DNA of 64,000 nucleotides from Candidatus Omnitrophota bacterium (GTDB lineage: Bacteria; Omnitrophota; Gorgyraeia; Duberdicusellales; 4484-171). The stretch spans positions 192,001-256,000 of the forward strand of contig JAIPGM010000003.1 in the NCBI GenBank assembly GCA_021735655.1, written 5' to 3'. A model generated the notes under the pieces. The model did no database searches. It saw only the letters and a program-made list of their open reading frames with translations, and was not told the origin of the DNA. This document shows, one piece after another, positions 63,738 to 64,000 of the stretch (position 1 is its first letter; every line of letters starts with the position of its first letter). The translations under genes were made by a program, and so were the position numbers.

Positions 63738-64000
63738 GGCTTATAAAAGTGGCTTTTCTTTTATTGTTTTTGCTTTTGCCGATACTGCTTTATTCAGCTG
63801 AAAGCTATCGAAATCCTTTTGAATCATTACTTCCTAAGGAAGAGGTTGCCGGAGAGGCAGGGGTTCAAGAAGTTGTCAAGCCTTTAACGATCGTTGTTCA
63901 GGGGGTTTTGTGGGGAAGCTTAATGCCACAGACGATTATCGACGGTGAGGTTTATAAAGTTGGTGATCAACTTAAGAGCCTTGAGAATGCTTCAGTACTT
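63734..64000 (+). CDS. pilP: PilP-like periplasmic pilus assembly protein, N-terminal fragment that runs off the window
   Basis: Signal peptide MRLIKVAFLLLFLLLPILLYSA and an IDGEVYKVGDQL beta-strand motif typical of PilP/GspC HR domains. ATGA overlap with pilO. Confidence 0.45.
   Translation, partial: MRLIKVAFLLLFLLLPILLYSAESYRNPFESLLPKEEVAGEAGVQEVVKPLTIVVQGVLWGSLMPQTIIDGEVYKVGDQLKSLENASVL

Noticed and set aside
1-64000. Scanned for CRISPR arrays, IS elements, integrases, toxin-antitoxin pairs and restriction-modification genes
   Set aside because: There are no direct-repeat arrays and no transposase or integrase-like ORFs. The only excisionase-like HTH (61577) has no recombinase partner. 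The window appears to be core chromosome plus pilus genes.

Overview
This 64 kb window is a gene-dense, low-GC chromosome segment from a diderm (Gram-negative) bacterium, judged so from the lipid-A genes lpxB and msbA. Almost everything is on the + strand, with frequent ATGA/GTGA start-stop overlaps. Most of it is housekeeping: a mnmG 3' fragment, an lpxB–oxidoreductase operon on the minus strand, msbA, rpsB-tsf-pyrH-frr, tRNA-Lys/Leu/Gly, a PTS-Ntr-type module (ptsN, yvcK-like, ptsH, ptsI), an aromatic amino acid cluster (pheA, hisC, DAHP synthase, tyrA), cmk, lepA, lepB, pgsA, plsY, recA-htrA-recX-alaS, hisD-B-H-A, rplM-rpsI, ribBA-ribH-nusB-PHP-ribD, mazG, AddAB, the gcvT-H-PA-PB glycine-cleavage operon and lipoylation genes. 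rpsU was missed by the ORF track. The accessory layer is a type IV filament system. Five genes carry prepilin-type class III signal sequences, at three loci, and three of them have Ser instead of the canonical Gly at position -1. A pilM-pilN fusion is followed by pilO and a pilP-like gene at the 3' edge. The main find is a ~5 kb operon (55.5–60.5 kb) wedged between a lipoate transferase and lipA. It encodes four pseudopilin-like proteins, a 523-aa protein with roughly 30 cysteines and no recognisable homology, and a second secreted protein. This looks like a novel minor-pilin/tip-adhesin module, possibly laterally acquired. Other oddities are an APC permease fused to a PtsN-like EIIA domain and coupled to a pyruvate kinase lacking its C-terminal domain, a YvcK with a two-helix membrane extension, and a glycine-zipper lipoprotein with a zinc ribbon. 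No CRISPR arrays, transposases or integrases were seen.
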